Position numbers and translations under genes: made by a program
Shown here: piece after piece, positions 38,651-50,805 of the stretch
Layout: each line of letters begins with the position of its first letter
How positions within the stretch are numbered: position 1 is the first letter of the stretch
Assembly: GCF_003704095.1 (NCBI RefSeq)
Contig: NW_020844638.1
Location: forward strand, 186,001 to 250,000
Length of the DNA: 64,000 bases
Origin: Pocillopora damicornis
Taxonomy: Eukaryota
Reading direction: 5' to 3'
Notes under the pieces: model-generated
What the model was told of the DNA's origin: nothing
Databases searched by the model: none
The model's input: only the letters and a program-made list of their open reading frames with translations

Positions 38651-39417
38651 GTGCAGAATTAAATACAATACTAGTACTCCTGATGGTGCTAAGTTATAAA
38701 TTGCTACGAGGAAAACAAATACTTACAAAGATTGGTTTTCTTTGAAAGGCCAAGGTATTAATAGTAAACATTTTAAGCCGATTGGTTTTTTTTGTTTTCA
38801 ATCAAACTGATCAACTGCATGATTAAAAAAAATTATTGAATGTAAAAATGGCTGATGAAAACAACTGGACAGATTATGATTAGTTTTAGCTTAAAATTGA
38901 AGTTTTAAATGATAAATACTAGGCAGTAGTTTCATGGTTTTGAGCTAAATCCCACCCAAAAGTATTAAATGAAATGAACGAAGGGATGAACGAACAAATG
39001 AATGATTTATTGAATAAATAAATGATGTTGTCGAGGACGGTGAACGTAACCGTAAAAAGTGTAAGAGCAGAAAAATTAAACTCGGTGGTGAAGTTTCATA
39101 AATCAGGTAACAAGTAACCTTTGATTACGACTCACGAAAACTTGTTGAATACATCAGTATGGAGGGTAATAAGTAACGGGCTAAGATGAAAAAATTGACC
39201 ATGAATAGAGATTTAAATGTAAATAGATGTACACACTGTTTGTTTTTTTGTTATAATTGACATACCAATAATTTTCACGAAACAACGAATAAGAATCGAA
39301 CGAGCTGACCATGATTAGTTTGTAAATCTTCATGGCTAAAAGGTAAATGATAGAGGTGGAAATCAAAGACTGACGCTCGAATCAGGGTAATAAATAATGA
39401 TAATAGGACCTAGTGGA

Positions 39418-39525
39418 GTCCAATTCTCGGTCTGTAATCATACGAGTGATTAACAAAATCGGACGACCGCGAAGCGGGAGTCCGATTTGTTTATCACGAG
39501 TATGATTACTGACAGAATTGGACGA
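39418..39525. repeat. Long imperfect palindrome (interspersed hairpin repeat)
   Basis: GTCCAATTC..GTAATCATACGAGTGATTAACAAAATCGGAC pairs with GTCCGATTTGTTTATCACGAGTATGATTAC..GAATTGGAC around a GC-rich CCGCGAAGCGG centre. Confidence 0.8.
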
Positions 39526-39543
39526 CAAGAAATCCTGTTTCAA

Positions 39544-39824
39544 TTAATCATAACCATTTCAATTTCCGTAGAAACAAACACACCTAGAACAAATATCTCC
39601 AGTGGAGACCACGTCTTTAGTTAAATATTCTTGCGTTTTGGAAATTGCCAATTGTGATAAATTCTGTGATTGATGGATTTAGCTAAGTGGACCTAGTATG
39701 ACTGTGTTCTTCTACGGTCCGATTACAGCCAACTGTCCTATTGCAGCTGTACAGAATGATTAGTGAAAAATGAAGCATTTAATGCACCAATCACATTTGA
39801 GGAAATTGTAATGGTTATGATTAA
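39544..39824. mobile_element. TIR-bounded non-autonomous element
   Basis: 24-bp inverted ends TTAATCATAACCATTTCAATTTCC ... GGAAATTGTAATGGTTATGATTAA with one mismatch. Confidence 0.75.
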
Positions 39825-40487
39825 GCTCATTACAGCACGGGTATGCTGTAGACAGCCTATTTCACACAGCAATGTACATATGATGTGTTTCTATATTATT
39901 ATTGTAGTAAAATATATCTTACACTAGTTGTACAAGGTGATGATATACTTTCAGGCATGCAGTGTGTATCCCTTTGACGACTCTTCATTTACAATACGGA
40001 TGATATATTGTATAAGGGATTACAATTTTGTCGTGACAGTTTTCAAACTCCAAATCTATTAATAAAGTGCATTGTTAGGATTTTAAGATTATTAGCACCC
40101 ATTAATCTTTCGTGTACAGAAATGATAATGTAAGAAATAAATTTAATCTCGAGTGTAAATATAAATGTATAGGTACGTAAGTGACAAAGCTGTATTCTTA
40201 CCTGGTTACAGTAAATGACGAGGGACAAATAATTCCTGAGCTAAAAACATTCGTTGAAAAAAACGTTATTTTCCGACGTATAACATCATTGAAAAAGCAA
40301 TGTTTATTTCAATAACCACAATAAAACCATAACAAAACTCTGACTCTTGATATTGGCTTATGAAACGTTATCGAAAAACATCTCGTATTCCCGTTTTATT
40401 ATTTTGAATATTTTTATCAACTTATCACCAGTATCTCTCTTACTGACCCGGATTTTAGTTTTCGAATTCGTTCATCTAGATGGCAAA

Positions 40488-41495
40488 TTACACGGATTCT
40501 TCGGCCTGTTCAGCGTGCACCTTATTCCTACGTATGCTCGATCGTGGCAACCGGCGAAAAATTCGTATCGCTTTCCTTGCAAATGCTTTGGATAAGATCC
40601 CGTACGTAAAAGGATGAAGGGCAGGTACAAAGCACCAAAGGAACGTAGTGGCGAGATGAACTTGACGTGGAAAGCTGGATGACTGAGTTGACAACTCTAA
40701 CAGCTTGATTATAATAGCTGCCAACCATAGCAAAAGAACCTCCACGATCATTGCCAATAACACTTGATTTGTTCTTCTCTCTTCTAGTAGAATTTTGAAC
40801 TCAATCTCGGTTTTAGTGTTAGTTCTTTCCAGTTGAGGAGAGGAGTGACTGTATGAGCCTTGTCTTCTGGTCGCGTGCCATGCAATGACCGACACAATGA
40901 GCAGTATTGTGTAAAGCACCATCGTTATTACTGAGTTGGTGATGTTTTCATGCTGGTTGTTTTCCTTGCTTGAGGACATGTAACAGATTAATTTCTCGGC
41001 AGAAAATCTAAAAATGGCCCTACCAAAGGTTATTTGAGCGACCAATAACGCAGCAGTAAGGACCCACAAAATCATAATCATTCCAATGGACCGATCAAGA
41101 TTGAACACTTTGTTGTAAAAGACCATATGAGTTACCTTGAAATATCGGCTTGCCGCCATACTTGTCAACGTCAACAGAGACATCCAAATGAAATTCGAAA
41201 AAGTAAATCCCTGAATGTCGCACAAGACTTGACCAAACGGCCATCTTCCCGCTAAGAGGGTTCCTGCTGTTGTAGGCAGGACGAGAAATGCTGCAAAAAT
41301 GTAGCATATAGCCAAAGATACGACAAACACGTTGGATACTGTGTGAAAACGTGGATTGGTAAACGTAACAAAACAAATCAGTAAGTTTCCCATTATGGCA
41401 ACAGAACTGATAATCAACATCAGACCTCCTTCGATGGCCACAGTCAAAATATCTCTTGAGGTCAAAGGTATTGAGTCGTTTGATTGGATTGCCAT
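40488..41495 (-). CDS. Atypical class A GPCR, intronless ORF
   Basis: 335-aa 7TM ORF with GN, WPFG..LC and W4.50. Motif variants: LAICY, ASRY, LWLA, HPFTY. Confidence 0.92.
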   Translation of the reverse strand: MAIQSNDSIPLTSRDILTVAIEGGLMLIISSVAIMGNLLICFVTFTNPRFHTVSNVFVVSLAICYIFAAFLVLPTTAGTLLAGRWPFGQVLCDIQGFTFSNFIWMSLLTLTSMAASRYFKVTHMVFYNKVFNLDRSIGMIMILWVLTAALLVAQITFGRAIFRFSAEKLICYMSSSKENNQHENITNSVITMVLYTILLIVSVIAWHATRRQGSYSHSSPQLERTNTKTEIEFKILLEERRTNQVLLAMIVEVLLLWLAAIIIKLLELSTQSSSFPRQVHLATTFLWCFVPALHPFTYGILSKAFARKAIRIFRRLPRSSIRRNKVHAEQAEESV

Positions 41496-44400
41496 TTTTC
41501 CAGCTTTCTCCCTTCTCGAAGATCAAACTGTGAACGTTTCTGTGATGTGCTGATTTCAACTTTGATCAAAAGATATTAGTTGACCACCTTTCAAAAGGCA
41601 TAGAGGCCGGACTTCCGCAAGCTGCCTGGGACTCTCCTTTTCCTTCTAAAATACCTCACTTTCAATATCAATGGAATATTACTCCACCATTTTTTCCTTC
41701 AAACGCGCACAATATTTGCGCTGTTGATTTTAAAGGGAACTCGTCTCAAGTCACCGGTATGTGCCCCAGTGACAAACCAACCCTAACCTAAGCCCTTGCC
41801 TATGTTTTACGTTGCTTTCAATTTTTTCTCCCATTTTTGCCTTTTTTTTGTTAAGTTAATTTCTCAAGTACCTATTAGAGATCGTCTGATATACTTCACA
41901 CGAATTGCGCTTTGAAAGAGATAAGAGCCGCCTTTGTCAAATGGATACTTCAGACTATGCATAGTATTAGTGGAGGTCGAGTAAACAGTGTCACACGCGC
42001 AAAAACGGAAATGTGAATCCCTATGTACTCTTGCCTCATCTGCCGAAAAATAACCATTTACTAAGATAGCTCTATATCATTAAGACCTTTCACTGCTCCT
42101 GTAATGATGTTTTACCCCTAGGAAATATCAGTACGCGTTTATCGTGCACATGTGTATATTGTAAACAGTCAGGCATGACGAAACTATTAATTTGAGGGTT
42201 TAAACAAGCTTTGTGAAAATTTAATTAATGAAGCATGTTATGCAATGTATGCGCAGTAATTTCAAACCATTGTCAGTCAGTAAATGCGTAAGATCCGGGA
42301 GATTTTATCTTTTTCAGTCAACAAGAGTGCCTGCTGTAATTAATTACGGTGAAGCCCAAAAAAAGGTCTGACGTTGGAGCAACGACGCCTTCTAGTTTCA
42401 AGTATCTATATCCCACGGCTGTCATACTTTGCCTCAAAAGAAGAAACATTCTGTTCTCTCTATCGAAGTAAAAATGAATACATTCGATGTAAATTGAACA
42501 AAAACCATACCGCGTTCGCCTTGTCAACTGAGAGTAATCGAGGTCAAATTTGGACGCGTCCGTGCATGAAATGGGAAGATTAAGTTCATTTGCGGATGGA
42601 GAATATATGGAAATCAGGAAAAGCGATATTGTTTGAGGGCAGTGCCGCTCCTTTCAGACTATTTTACAACTCACATGGCTTGTATTTTACACCTTAAAAA
42701 TGCTCAATAAGTTTCCGTTTCATAGCACGTAGGTCACAAAAAAGCGACAGAAAAACCCTTTCTGGTTTCTGATGATGCATTCCACAATTCCAGCCTCATT
42801 GCTTCGTTGTCGGTTAATGAACAATGCTCTATATTTAGTAAACTGATCGCTAAAAGAGTGAAGCAAATAAGATAATTACGCACAAAGTCGAAGCGAGAAT
42901 TGCAGATTGTAGATAGCTTATGATAGCATCCACCTCAGCGGAGCCACGTAAAGACAATTTGATTCGGCCATCTCCAGAAAACTTTTAGAACCGTCACAGA
43001 TATACAAAGTTAGAATTAGGGTTGTTTTTTAAAGGCAGTACTGTTTCCTCGTTAACGTTTTCCATTTGTCCCTTTTATTAGAGCAGAGCTATCAGTATCA
43101 TCGCTCATATCAAATTATATGAACGCTTTTTAAAGCCGCGCTTATGAAAATTTTATGCTTTTTTTCGTTATCAATCTATTTTTATTAATAACAATAGCAA
43201 TAACAATCCACGCTAACTCGTCACAAAGGGTGCAATATTCGGCACTAAAACATGCTCGGTTTGCGCCGGCGGTCAGGACCTTCGCGTGGTAGAATGTTTG
43301 TTTTAGTCAAAAACGGGTGACAAAACACTAAGCTATTTTATACCTAACATGTGTTTACATATAAACCTCTTTTTAGTTTTGAGGAATGACAAGTTATTAA
43401 ACAACTTAACAGCAGAGGCATGCCATGATAGTATTTTTTTTTTAATTTTAAGACGGTGCATGTCGTAATCTGGTACAAAGTCGAAAAACATACACTCTTT
43501 AGCCCAAGTAAACACTTATAAAAGTCGCTTAAATTATTTTGGATAGAATGTAGATTGGATAGATTTTGATCGAATCTTTCACGAGGCAAATTTCGCCCTG
43601 GCGATATCGACGTTAACACGCAGGCCGCAATAAACTGGTCGCTCGCAAAGACGAAGATTATGCTGATGTATGCTACAAGCTGGGACTTCACAGGTTTATT
43701 AAGAACAACAAATCTCGGATCAATATCAAAAGCTAGGTCGAGGATTAATCTCTACTTATTTCAATTAAGGTAAGAAGAATAAGAAACTGACAGTAACACT
43801 AAAATGTTATCGAAGTCCATCATGACACCAGCCTCACCTTGAACAAACACACGATCATAACGAGCAAGAAAATCAGCGAGAAAGAGGGCCTGTTTGAAAT
43901 AATGTTTGAAGCCTTTCGCTACTCCACTTCCAGCGTTTTATCACAAGTGTTCAGCCTGTGATATATTTTAAGACGCGTGCATTTGGTGCGAACCCACCCC
44001 AGCGTTTGGTTTGTCAAAAGAACTGAGTGCGCGCCATTAACATTGTCGTGCTTCGTTCGTTTAGTTCAATGGAATAACTTGCTATGAAATTCTTAATTTC
44101 CTGAATTTAAGGACTGAAACCGATGATATAATTGCCTTGATAATAAACTAAACCAATCAAATTTACTAATTTGTAAGCCTATCATCGGAAATACTCATTT
44201 ATTTTGTCTCGTATTTTTTTCCGGAAGGAGGGCTTCATTGAAGACAAGAAGTGCTGTCATTTAATGCCTAGGGTCGATTATTGTTTCATTTATTTTATCG
44301 TACTTCTTTGTAAAGCATGTGTTCTACTGGATATGAAATGAAAAGCAAAGTTGTTGCCAAACTTCATTTTGCAAGAATGCATCTGCTTGGATTAAGGTCC

Positions 44401-45070
44401 TCTTCAAAACAAAACAATATTAAGCAATGCAACAAATTGTACAGTCAGTTTTGACAAAATCAGTGATCCTGGTATAATTGTACTGTCGGAACCGAACCAA
44501 TTAATTTACAAAGGAAGCAAAAAGGTTAAAAGACTCATTATATCAAGCTTTAGTGTTTGCTTTGTTCAGGTAATCACATCATTTCGAGAGCAATTTGGAA
44601 TAAATATGCACGAGAAATGGTTGATGTGCTGCACGAGAAAAAACGTGATTACTTAGCAGTACTATTCAGAAAAAAATTGTGATGGCTTTCCACGACTATG
44701 CAGAAGCAACGCGCGCAAATCACGTGCAAAAACTATGTCTTTAAATCTTGCTAATGTCACTGTGCGTTTGTTCAAAACAACCGTGTTACTGAAAACAACA
44801 ATTTCTATGCTGTTTGTTTTTCTTTGGGTTTTTTTTTAGTTTATCGTGGCGAAACAATGTGTTACCTATTCTGCGCTGAATTAACACTTTTTTGTACTGT
44901 ATTACCTGCAAACTGCATTGCATTAAGCAAATCAGAATAAAGAAAATTTTCAGGTTTGTTATTGATATTGTAACTACCAACATAATTATATAGCAGCTGT
45001 GAATTTAATAAAACCACAGTCGAAAGTCTTCGTAACGTTCGTCCTCTACTTACCCGACTTATAACCCAAA

Positions 45071-46126
45071 ATGGAGGAGGAAAATTTAGCACGATTACAT
45101 AGGGATTTGAAAAACAGAAGCCAGGGGGTTTTAGTCTTCGAATCTTGTTTTATGCTACTGATTATATTGGCAGCGTTCCTCGGTAACTTTGTGTTGATTT
45201 TGGCGATATTAAGAAATCCATGTCTTCGAACTGTGACAAACATGTTTTTGGTTTGTTTGTCAGTAGTTGATATACTCACAGCATCATTGGTCATGCCATT
45301 CACTGCTTCCATCTTTATACACAGTGACTGGGTATTCAGTGACGCGGTTTGTACATTCCAAGGAATTTTTGCAATTTGCCTCGTTTGGATCTCACTCCAT
45401 ATGGTGACTTTGATGGCTGTTAATCGGTATTTCTGTGTCCTTAGACCGAGACTTTATCGGAAATGGTTCACCAAAAGATTCTCCATTGCAATGATTTGTG
45501 CAGTTACCATTACACCCTTTGTTCTGACCATTTCACCACTTTTCAGTGGGTTATTTACTTACATCTTTCGCCCGGGAAAAGCTTCTTGTTTCATGACTTT
45601 CAATCCGGATAAAAAACTTGAAAAGATGACATATATTCTTTCGTTACTATGCGTTTACACAATTCTGCCCATGATTCTTATCACTGTATGCTATTACAAA
45701 GTTTTCCGCATGATAAAAGAACATGCCATGGCTACAAGAAACACCATTCGGCAGTCTGGGAGTTTGAGCTCAGAGGAGCTTCGAATGACCAAAATGCTTC
45801 TTGTTCTCGTCGTTACGTTTGTGATCTGCTGGCTTCCAGTTACAACAGTGGATTCCATAAATGCAGTGCTAGGTACAGGTAGCCTTCCTCGAGGAGCCTA
45901 TGTAACCTACACGTCATTTGTATATCTCAGTAGCTGTATCAACCCGATAGTTTGCTTAACACTCAATGGCAAGATTCGCCGACAGGCAAAGAAAATTCTC
46001 TTAATCAAAAGAACTTGGCAGGTGGCAGATACAGAGCTGTCAATGGATACCACGGTTGGATCGACTGTAGCTCGTGTTCGACAAGGCGCTGGGTTAAACA
46101 AAACACCACGTGATTTTTCTACCTAA
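45071..46126 (+). CDS. Class A GPCR, melatonin-receptor-like (NRY), intronless ORF
   Basis: 351 aa with GN, LSVVD, WVFSDAVC, AVNRY, CWLP, NPIVC. Confidence 0.95.
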   Translation: MEEENLARLHRDLKNRSQGVLVFESCFMLLIILAAFLGNFVLILAILRNPCLRTVTNMFLVCLSVVDILTASLVMPFTASIFIHSDWVFSDAVCTFQGIFAICLVWISLHMVTLMAVNRYFCVLRPRLYRKWFTKRFSIAMICAVTITPFVLTISPLFSGLFTYIFRPGKASCFMTFNPDKKLEKMTYILSLLCVYTILPMILITVCYYKVFRMIKEHAMATRNTIRQSGSLSSEELRMTKMLLVLVVTFVICWLPVTTVDSINAVLGTGSLPRGAYVTYTSFVYLSSCINPIVCLTLNGKIRRQAKKILLIKRTWQVADTELSMDTTVGSTVARVRQGAGLNKTPRDFST

Positions 46127-46984
46127 GTCTGAAGAAAGATCAGTAAAAAGCTCCTGAAGACCATCGTTACGTCTTCATCTTCTTCCTTTTTTTTAGACTT
46201 TTTTTCGACGCTCGAAAGGAAAGACTGCACAAACGATACATACGGAAAATAAACTCGATCAGGCACAAAGTAGCTCATAGAAAATATATCTCTCGTCGTT
46301 TGAGAAATGCGTTGAATTCATTTTTTTAGGCTGAAAATTATTACTAGTAGAAAGAGTGTCGCTGAGCGAGACTTGATTTTGTAACAAAAAGGAAATTAAG
46401 ACTTTNNNNNNNNNNNNNNNNNNNNNNNNNNNNNNNNNNNNNNNNNNNNNNNNNNNNNNNNNNNNNNNNNNNNNNNNNNNNNNNNNNNNNNNNNNNNNNN
46501 NNNNNATAGTTATTTCCTTTACCCTTAATGACTCTTTGCAAAATTTGAAATCTATGTTCAAATGCATTACATTATTTCCACTTGCAAATGCATCAGAAAT
46601 CTCAGAATTTATTTTACTGAAGAAAGCCTTTTAACACAGTTGATTGAGTTCTAATAGTTCAAAAGCTTTTGAAATATCGGTAAATTGTGTTTGATATCTT
46701 TAGACACGTTAGAACCTAGTGTTTGTATACTGAGAGGTCATTAGCATCGCTCGAAACTAGAATGTACACAAATGCAATTATGATGGTTCAAACAGTATTT
46801 CAGATGACACAAAACATTATGCTTGTCGTCAATTTATTGCCAAATATTATATTTATTACAGGTCAAAATTTTACACTGGTGTTTTCATAAAATTCAATTT
46901 TCCTAGCAATAAAAACCGGCTTGAAAATAATACAGTGCAATTAGTTTTAAAATGCTAGCTTTTCCAGTTCATGAATAATATGCC

Positions 46985-48025
46985 TTAGATAAGATTTTCG
47001 TCTATTTTATCACTGTTTTCTTCTGTCAGCACAGAATTCCTTGTGGTGATTGAATTCCCAAATTTATCATGATCTGGTTTTTTACCACAAAAAAATCGCT
47101 TAAAGGCTCGCCTATAGTCCGACTTGTAAAATGAATAAATTAGAGGGTCGGCTAAAGCGTTTCCTACCAGTGAATAAAGGGAGACATCAAGAAATACATT
47201 CGGAATTATGTGGGAATAATCTAGTGCGGAAAACACATTAATAATTATCAAAGGAAGCCAGCATACTGCAAAGGTTCCTCCTACAAGAGCAAAAACTTTG
47301 GCCGCTTTCACTTCGTTGGAAATGGTAATTGACCGCCTCTTTCTCATTGATCGCCCTGATTGTCTGTCTGGGAGAACACTGTGTTCAAATCGTGCGTTTG
47401 TTTCGTGCATTTCAATCATTTGTTTTACTTGACGTCGCGTGGCACCAAAAATCTTTCCATATGCCCAGCAGATAGACCCTGAACACAGAGTGACCAGAGC
47501 AACCAAGATTCCTTGGTAAATACGACCGGCCAGTAATTTAACACCGTTCCGATACTCCCAGAAAATTGGTATGATCGCTAATAAGAGGGGTATAGTCCAC
47601 ACCAGGGCCAAGATTTTGTAGACGATCGCGCGTGTTACCACTGACCTGTACATGAGAGGATTAAGAACGGCTTGGTACCTGTCCCAAGTAATGCCACAGA
47701 AATTAAACAGATATGCAAACAGAATGTAGGCAATAATATAGGGATTGACTGCCAGACCAGCTAGATAAGTCGGGATGAAAACCGTGGCCACCATAAGATC
47801 GCTTATCGCCAGGCTGACAATAAAAGTATTTGTTATCGTTCGGAGGGCACGGAACCGACAGAAAAGTATACAAACAAGCCCGTTTGAAACCAAAACAGCG
47901 AAGCCTATCACTGTCAAAGGCACGCTGTAATCTAAGCCGAGTTCGGGCAAATCTTCACCGGTTTTGTTGGCCTCCCTCCTAAAGATAGCAGTCAAATTGC
48001 CATCACATGACTGGTTTTTCTCCAT
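46985..48025 (-). CDS. Class A GPCR (amine/adenosine-receptor-like orphan), intronless ORF
   Basis: First ATG 48025 (the track starts at GTG 48046). N-glycosylation sequons NQS, NLT, NKT; motifs LAISD, WDRY, E.KAAK, CWLP, DPLIY. Confidence 0.94.
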   Translation of the reverse strand: MEKNQSCDGNLTAIFRREANKTGEDLPELGLDYSVPLTVIGFAVLVSNGLVCILFCRFRALRTITNTFIVSLAISDLMVATVFIPTYLAGLAVNPYIIAYILFAYLFNFCGITWDRYQAVLNPLMYRSVVTRAIVYKILALVWTIPLLLAIIPIFWEYRNGVKLLAGRIYQGILVALVTLCSGSICWAYGKIFGATRRQVKQMIEMHETNARFEHSVLPDRQSGRSMRKRRSITISNEVKAAKVFALVGGTFAVCWLPLIIINVFSALDYSHIIPNVFLDVSLYSLVGNALADPLIYSFYKSDYRRAFKRFFCGKKPDHDKFGNSITTRNSVLTEENSDKIDENLI

Positions 48026-50571
48026 TAGTTCCAGTTTTCCAGCCACGTTAACGTGATTTTCCTCAAACTAATCCCCTGTATAGCGAAACTTTTGATCTGA
48101 TCAAACGCAGAGGCAGCTACGTATTTTAGTCCTCATTCGATTTCGCTGGTCTTGAAGCGCTGTCGAGCAAAAAACAAATCACGACGGCTGTTTAGACTCG
48201 TGTCGAGCCTGTGCCTAAACTAAGTGAAAACAAATATTCCCCTTCAGCTTTATCAGGGAAACACGTTTTGTACTGTAAATATGCTTTAATTTTGTTTCAA
48301 AATATATGTTAATTTGTGGCTCAAGCCTTACGTTAATTAAAGCTTATTTCAATTTCATCCAATAGTAATGTCCATTTACAGAGCAGCTTTTGACGCGTTG
48401 CTATTTTCTTTTGTCCTTTTTCTCTTTCATTTTCAACAGCTGGAAAACATTGCTCTCAAAATGTTTCCTTTCCTCTTATTGTCACAGAAACAGCCATCAA
48501 TACAAAACGCGTTTCCAACAGAGAAACACGAATTTATGTTTTTCTAGGCCGTGTAAAATCTGTAAACACCACGCTGCGCGCAGTTACTGAGGTGCAATAC
48601 ATCTGCAATGATTTTTGTTTTTTTCATCAACTGGCCTCCAAAAGCAAATAAATTCAATTTGGAGATTGTTAATACAAATACATGGGTCGGCTGATGCTAA
48701 TCAGTGATCCTCCTTTTGTCTCCTGCTTCATCAGAGTCGTTTGATGATAACTATGACAACTAAATATTCCGCAAGTTCCTTCCAATGTCGGTTTCCTTGT
48801 AAGTTGAATAATATATATATATATAGCTTTTTCATTGCGGCTTTTATCGCTCTCTATTTAGTACATTATGTTGTGAAATAAATTAATTCAAAATTAAGCA
48901 ACAAGCCGTCATGATAAGAAATCGATGGCACAATTTACGTTTACGTTAAAATCCAAACTTGTTTATACCAATGAGGACAAAAATTACCCAAAATTTAGAG
49001 AAAAAACCTTTGTTACTGATAAATATGTCATTCGACTCGGTAAGAGCTCAAATCCTTCATCTAAAATGACAAAGCAAAGGCTATGATATCTATGTTATTC
49101 AAATCCATTATAAACATTAGAACCTACTGTTTCAACGTTCGGTCACTGGACACTCCCTAATGAAACAAACGAGCCGAATACTTGATCTTTAATGTCATTC
49201 ATTAGTTCAAAAAAGCATACAAGTCATTAGCAAGAAATAACTATTGTTGTACCAACGAGTATTTAGCAGACAATAGCATTTCCTTACCCATGTATTTGAA
49301 GTTTGTGAACCGAAAATTATTTCAGTAAAATGTCTGAACTGCCCTTTTATTGAAAAAAGAAATGACAAATAATGAATTTAAAACAGTGGACAATGTTAAT
49401 CATGTTTTTAATCTACAATTTGGCCGTAGGTTTTTATGCAGAGTACATTACGGATCGTAAAACCATCGTAACTGACTAGAACGAATCATCTATTTTTCCT
49501 GCTCTAAAACTGATGAATACATGGATAATTCAATAAGTAGGACAATCTTTCCAATCATGGTCCTAAATGCCTCTGCCTAGAAAAACCCCTGATTACTTTT
49601 ATTTTCAGTTTTACCGGTAAAAACTTAAAGACAAAAAAAATTGAAAACATTTTGGTATCATGGATAACTGGCACGAAAATAGATTTAGGATTCCGTTTTT
49701 TAGAAGGATAAGGTCCTATCCGGCATGGCAGGCCAATATTTGTCTTAGTGAAACAAAAAAGCAAACAACTATAGCTATCGGTAAAAAAAACTGGCAAAAA
49801 TTATCTCGACGTTGTAAGATTTTCTGTATGGAATGTTTTTGAAATCCCCAGTTGTATTCCTTTTATGGGACTTGAGTTTAATCTGGAAAAAGCTTGTTTT
49901 CATTTGAAGATCAAGATTTATTTAAATGCGCGTTCCGAACAGCTACCAAAAATCGCATAACAATGATAATCAACCTGGGTATTTTTAACTTAATCTTAAG
50001 GCTCCTTCCACCTTTGGAAATTTAGAGCTTTTATCCTTAATCCGTACGATTTTTAAAGACCCCATGAATCGCCCAAGGTATTTGCAAAAATTTTTTTTGA
50101 TAAATGTGGACAGATAAAACCCTCCCATTCAGTAAGGCATTTATTCTGACAAGGAATCTGTCTTCGGCTGTCAATAAAATGTATTTGTCAAAAATCGGCC
50201 AGTTTATAAGAAGGATGTGAAAACTTGTTCCTATTCTTGTAGGCAATAGAGGACCCCGTTTGTAATGCAAAAAAGGGAACGTCATTACACTCGAAACCAC
50301 CTTAAATCGTGTAAAATTTATTGTATATTTCTAATGTACATATCAACTCTTGCGCTTGCAAGAATATACCATCAAGAACCCGCATGTTTTCTATCCACGT
50401 GGGAAAATTCTCACTCATATTTCTCAGCGCAATTGCAGCGCTGTTGTTTCTACGCTTTCCTTCATTCCTTAGGGCTATACCGAATGATTTACCTAAAGGT
50501 GTTTTATAACTTGCTGCTCAAAGATAACGAAGCTTTTCAGTTTACTGTGAACCCTTGTCCGGCAGAATAAA

Positions 50572-50805
50572 TGACTGTAAATAAATGAAAATCAATATGT
50601 GAACTGAGATTGAATAAACGAATATGAAAGCGATCCTGGCAGTAATGAACACTACTCAAGTAGTAATGGAAATAAGGCCTGAAAAAAATTAAGGCCCGTA
50701 TGGGATTTGAACCCATGACCTTTGCGATACGGGTGCAGCGCAGTTGGTAATACGCTGCATCGGTATCGCATAGGTCATGGTTTCAAATCCCGTAGGGGCC
50801 TAAAT
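50572..50805. mobile_element. tRNA-derived SINE-like repeat with inverted tRNA-like heads
   Basis: B-box-like GGGTTCAAATCCC (- strand) and GGTTTCAAATCCC (+ strand) lie in two ~50-bp arms forming a hairpin at 50692-50801, with an AT-rich body to the left. Confidence 0.7.

Noticed and set aside
50745-50801. Functional tRNA gene
   Set aside because: Only B-box/T-arm-like sequence. There is no complete acceptor stem or cloverleaf, and it is part of an inverted repeat.
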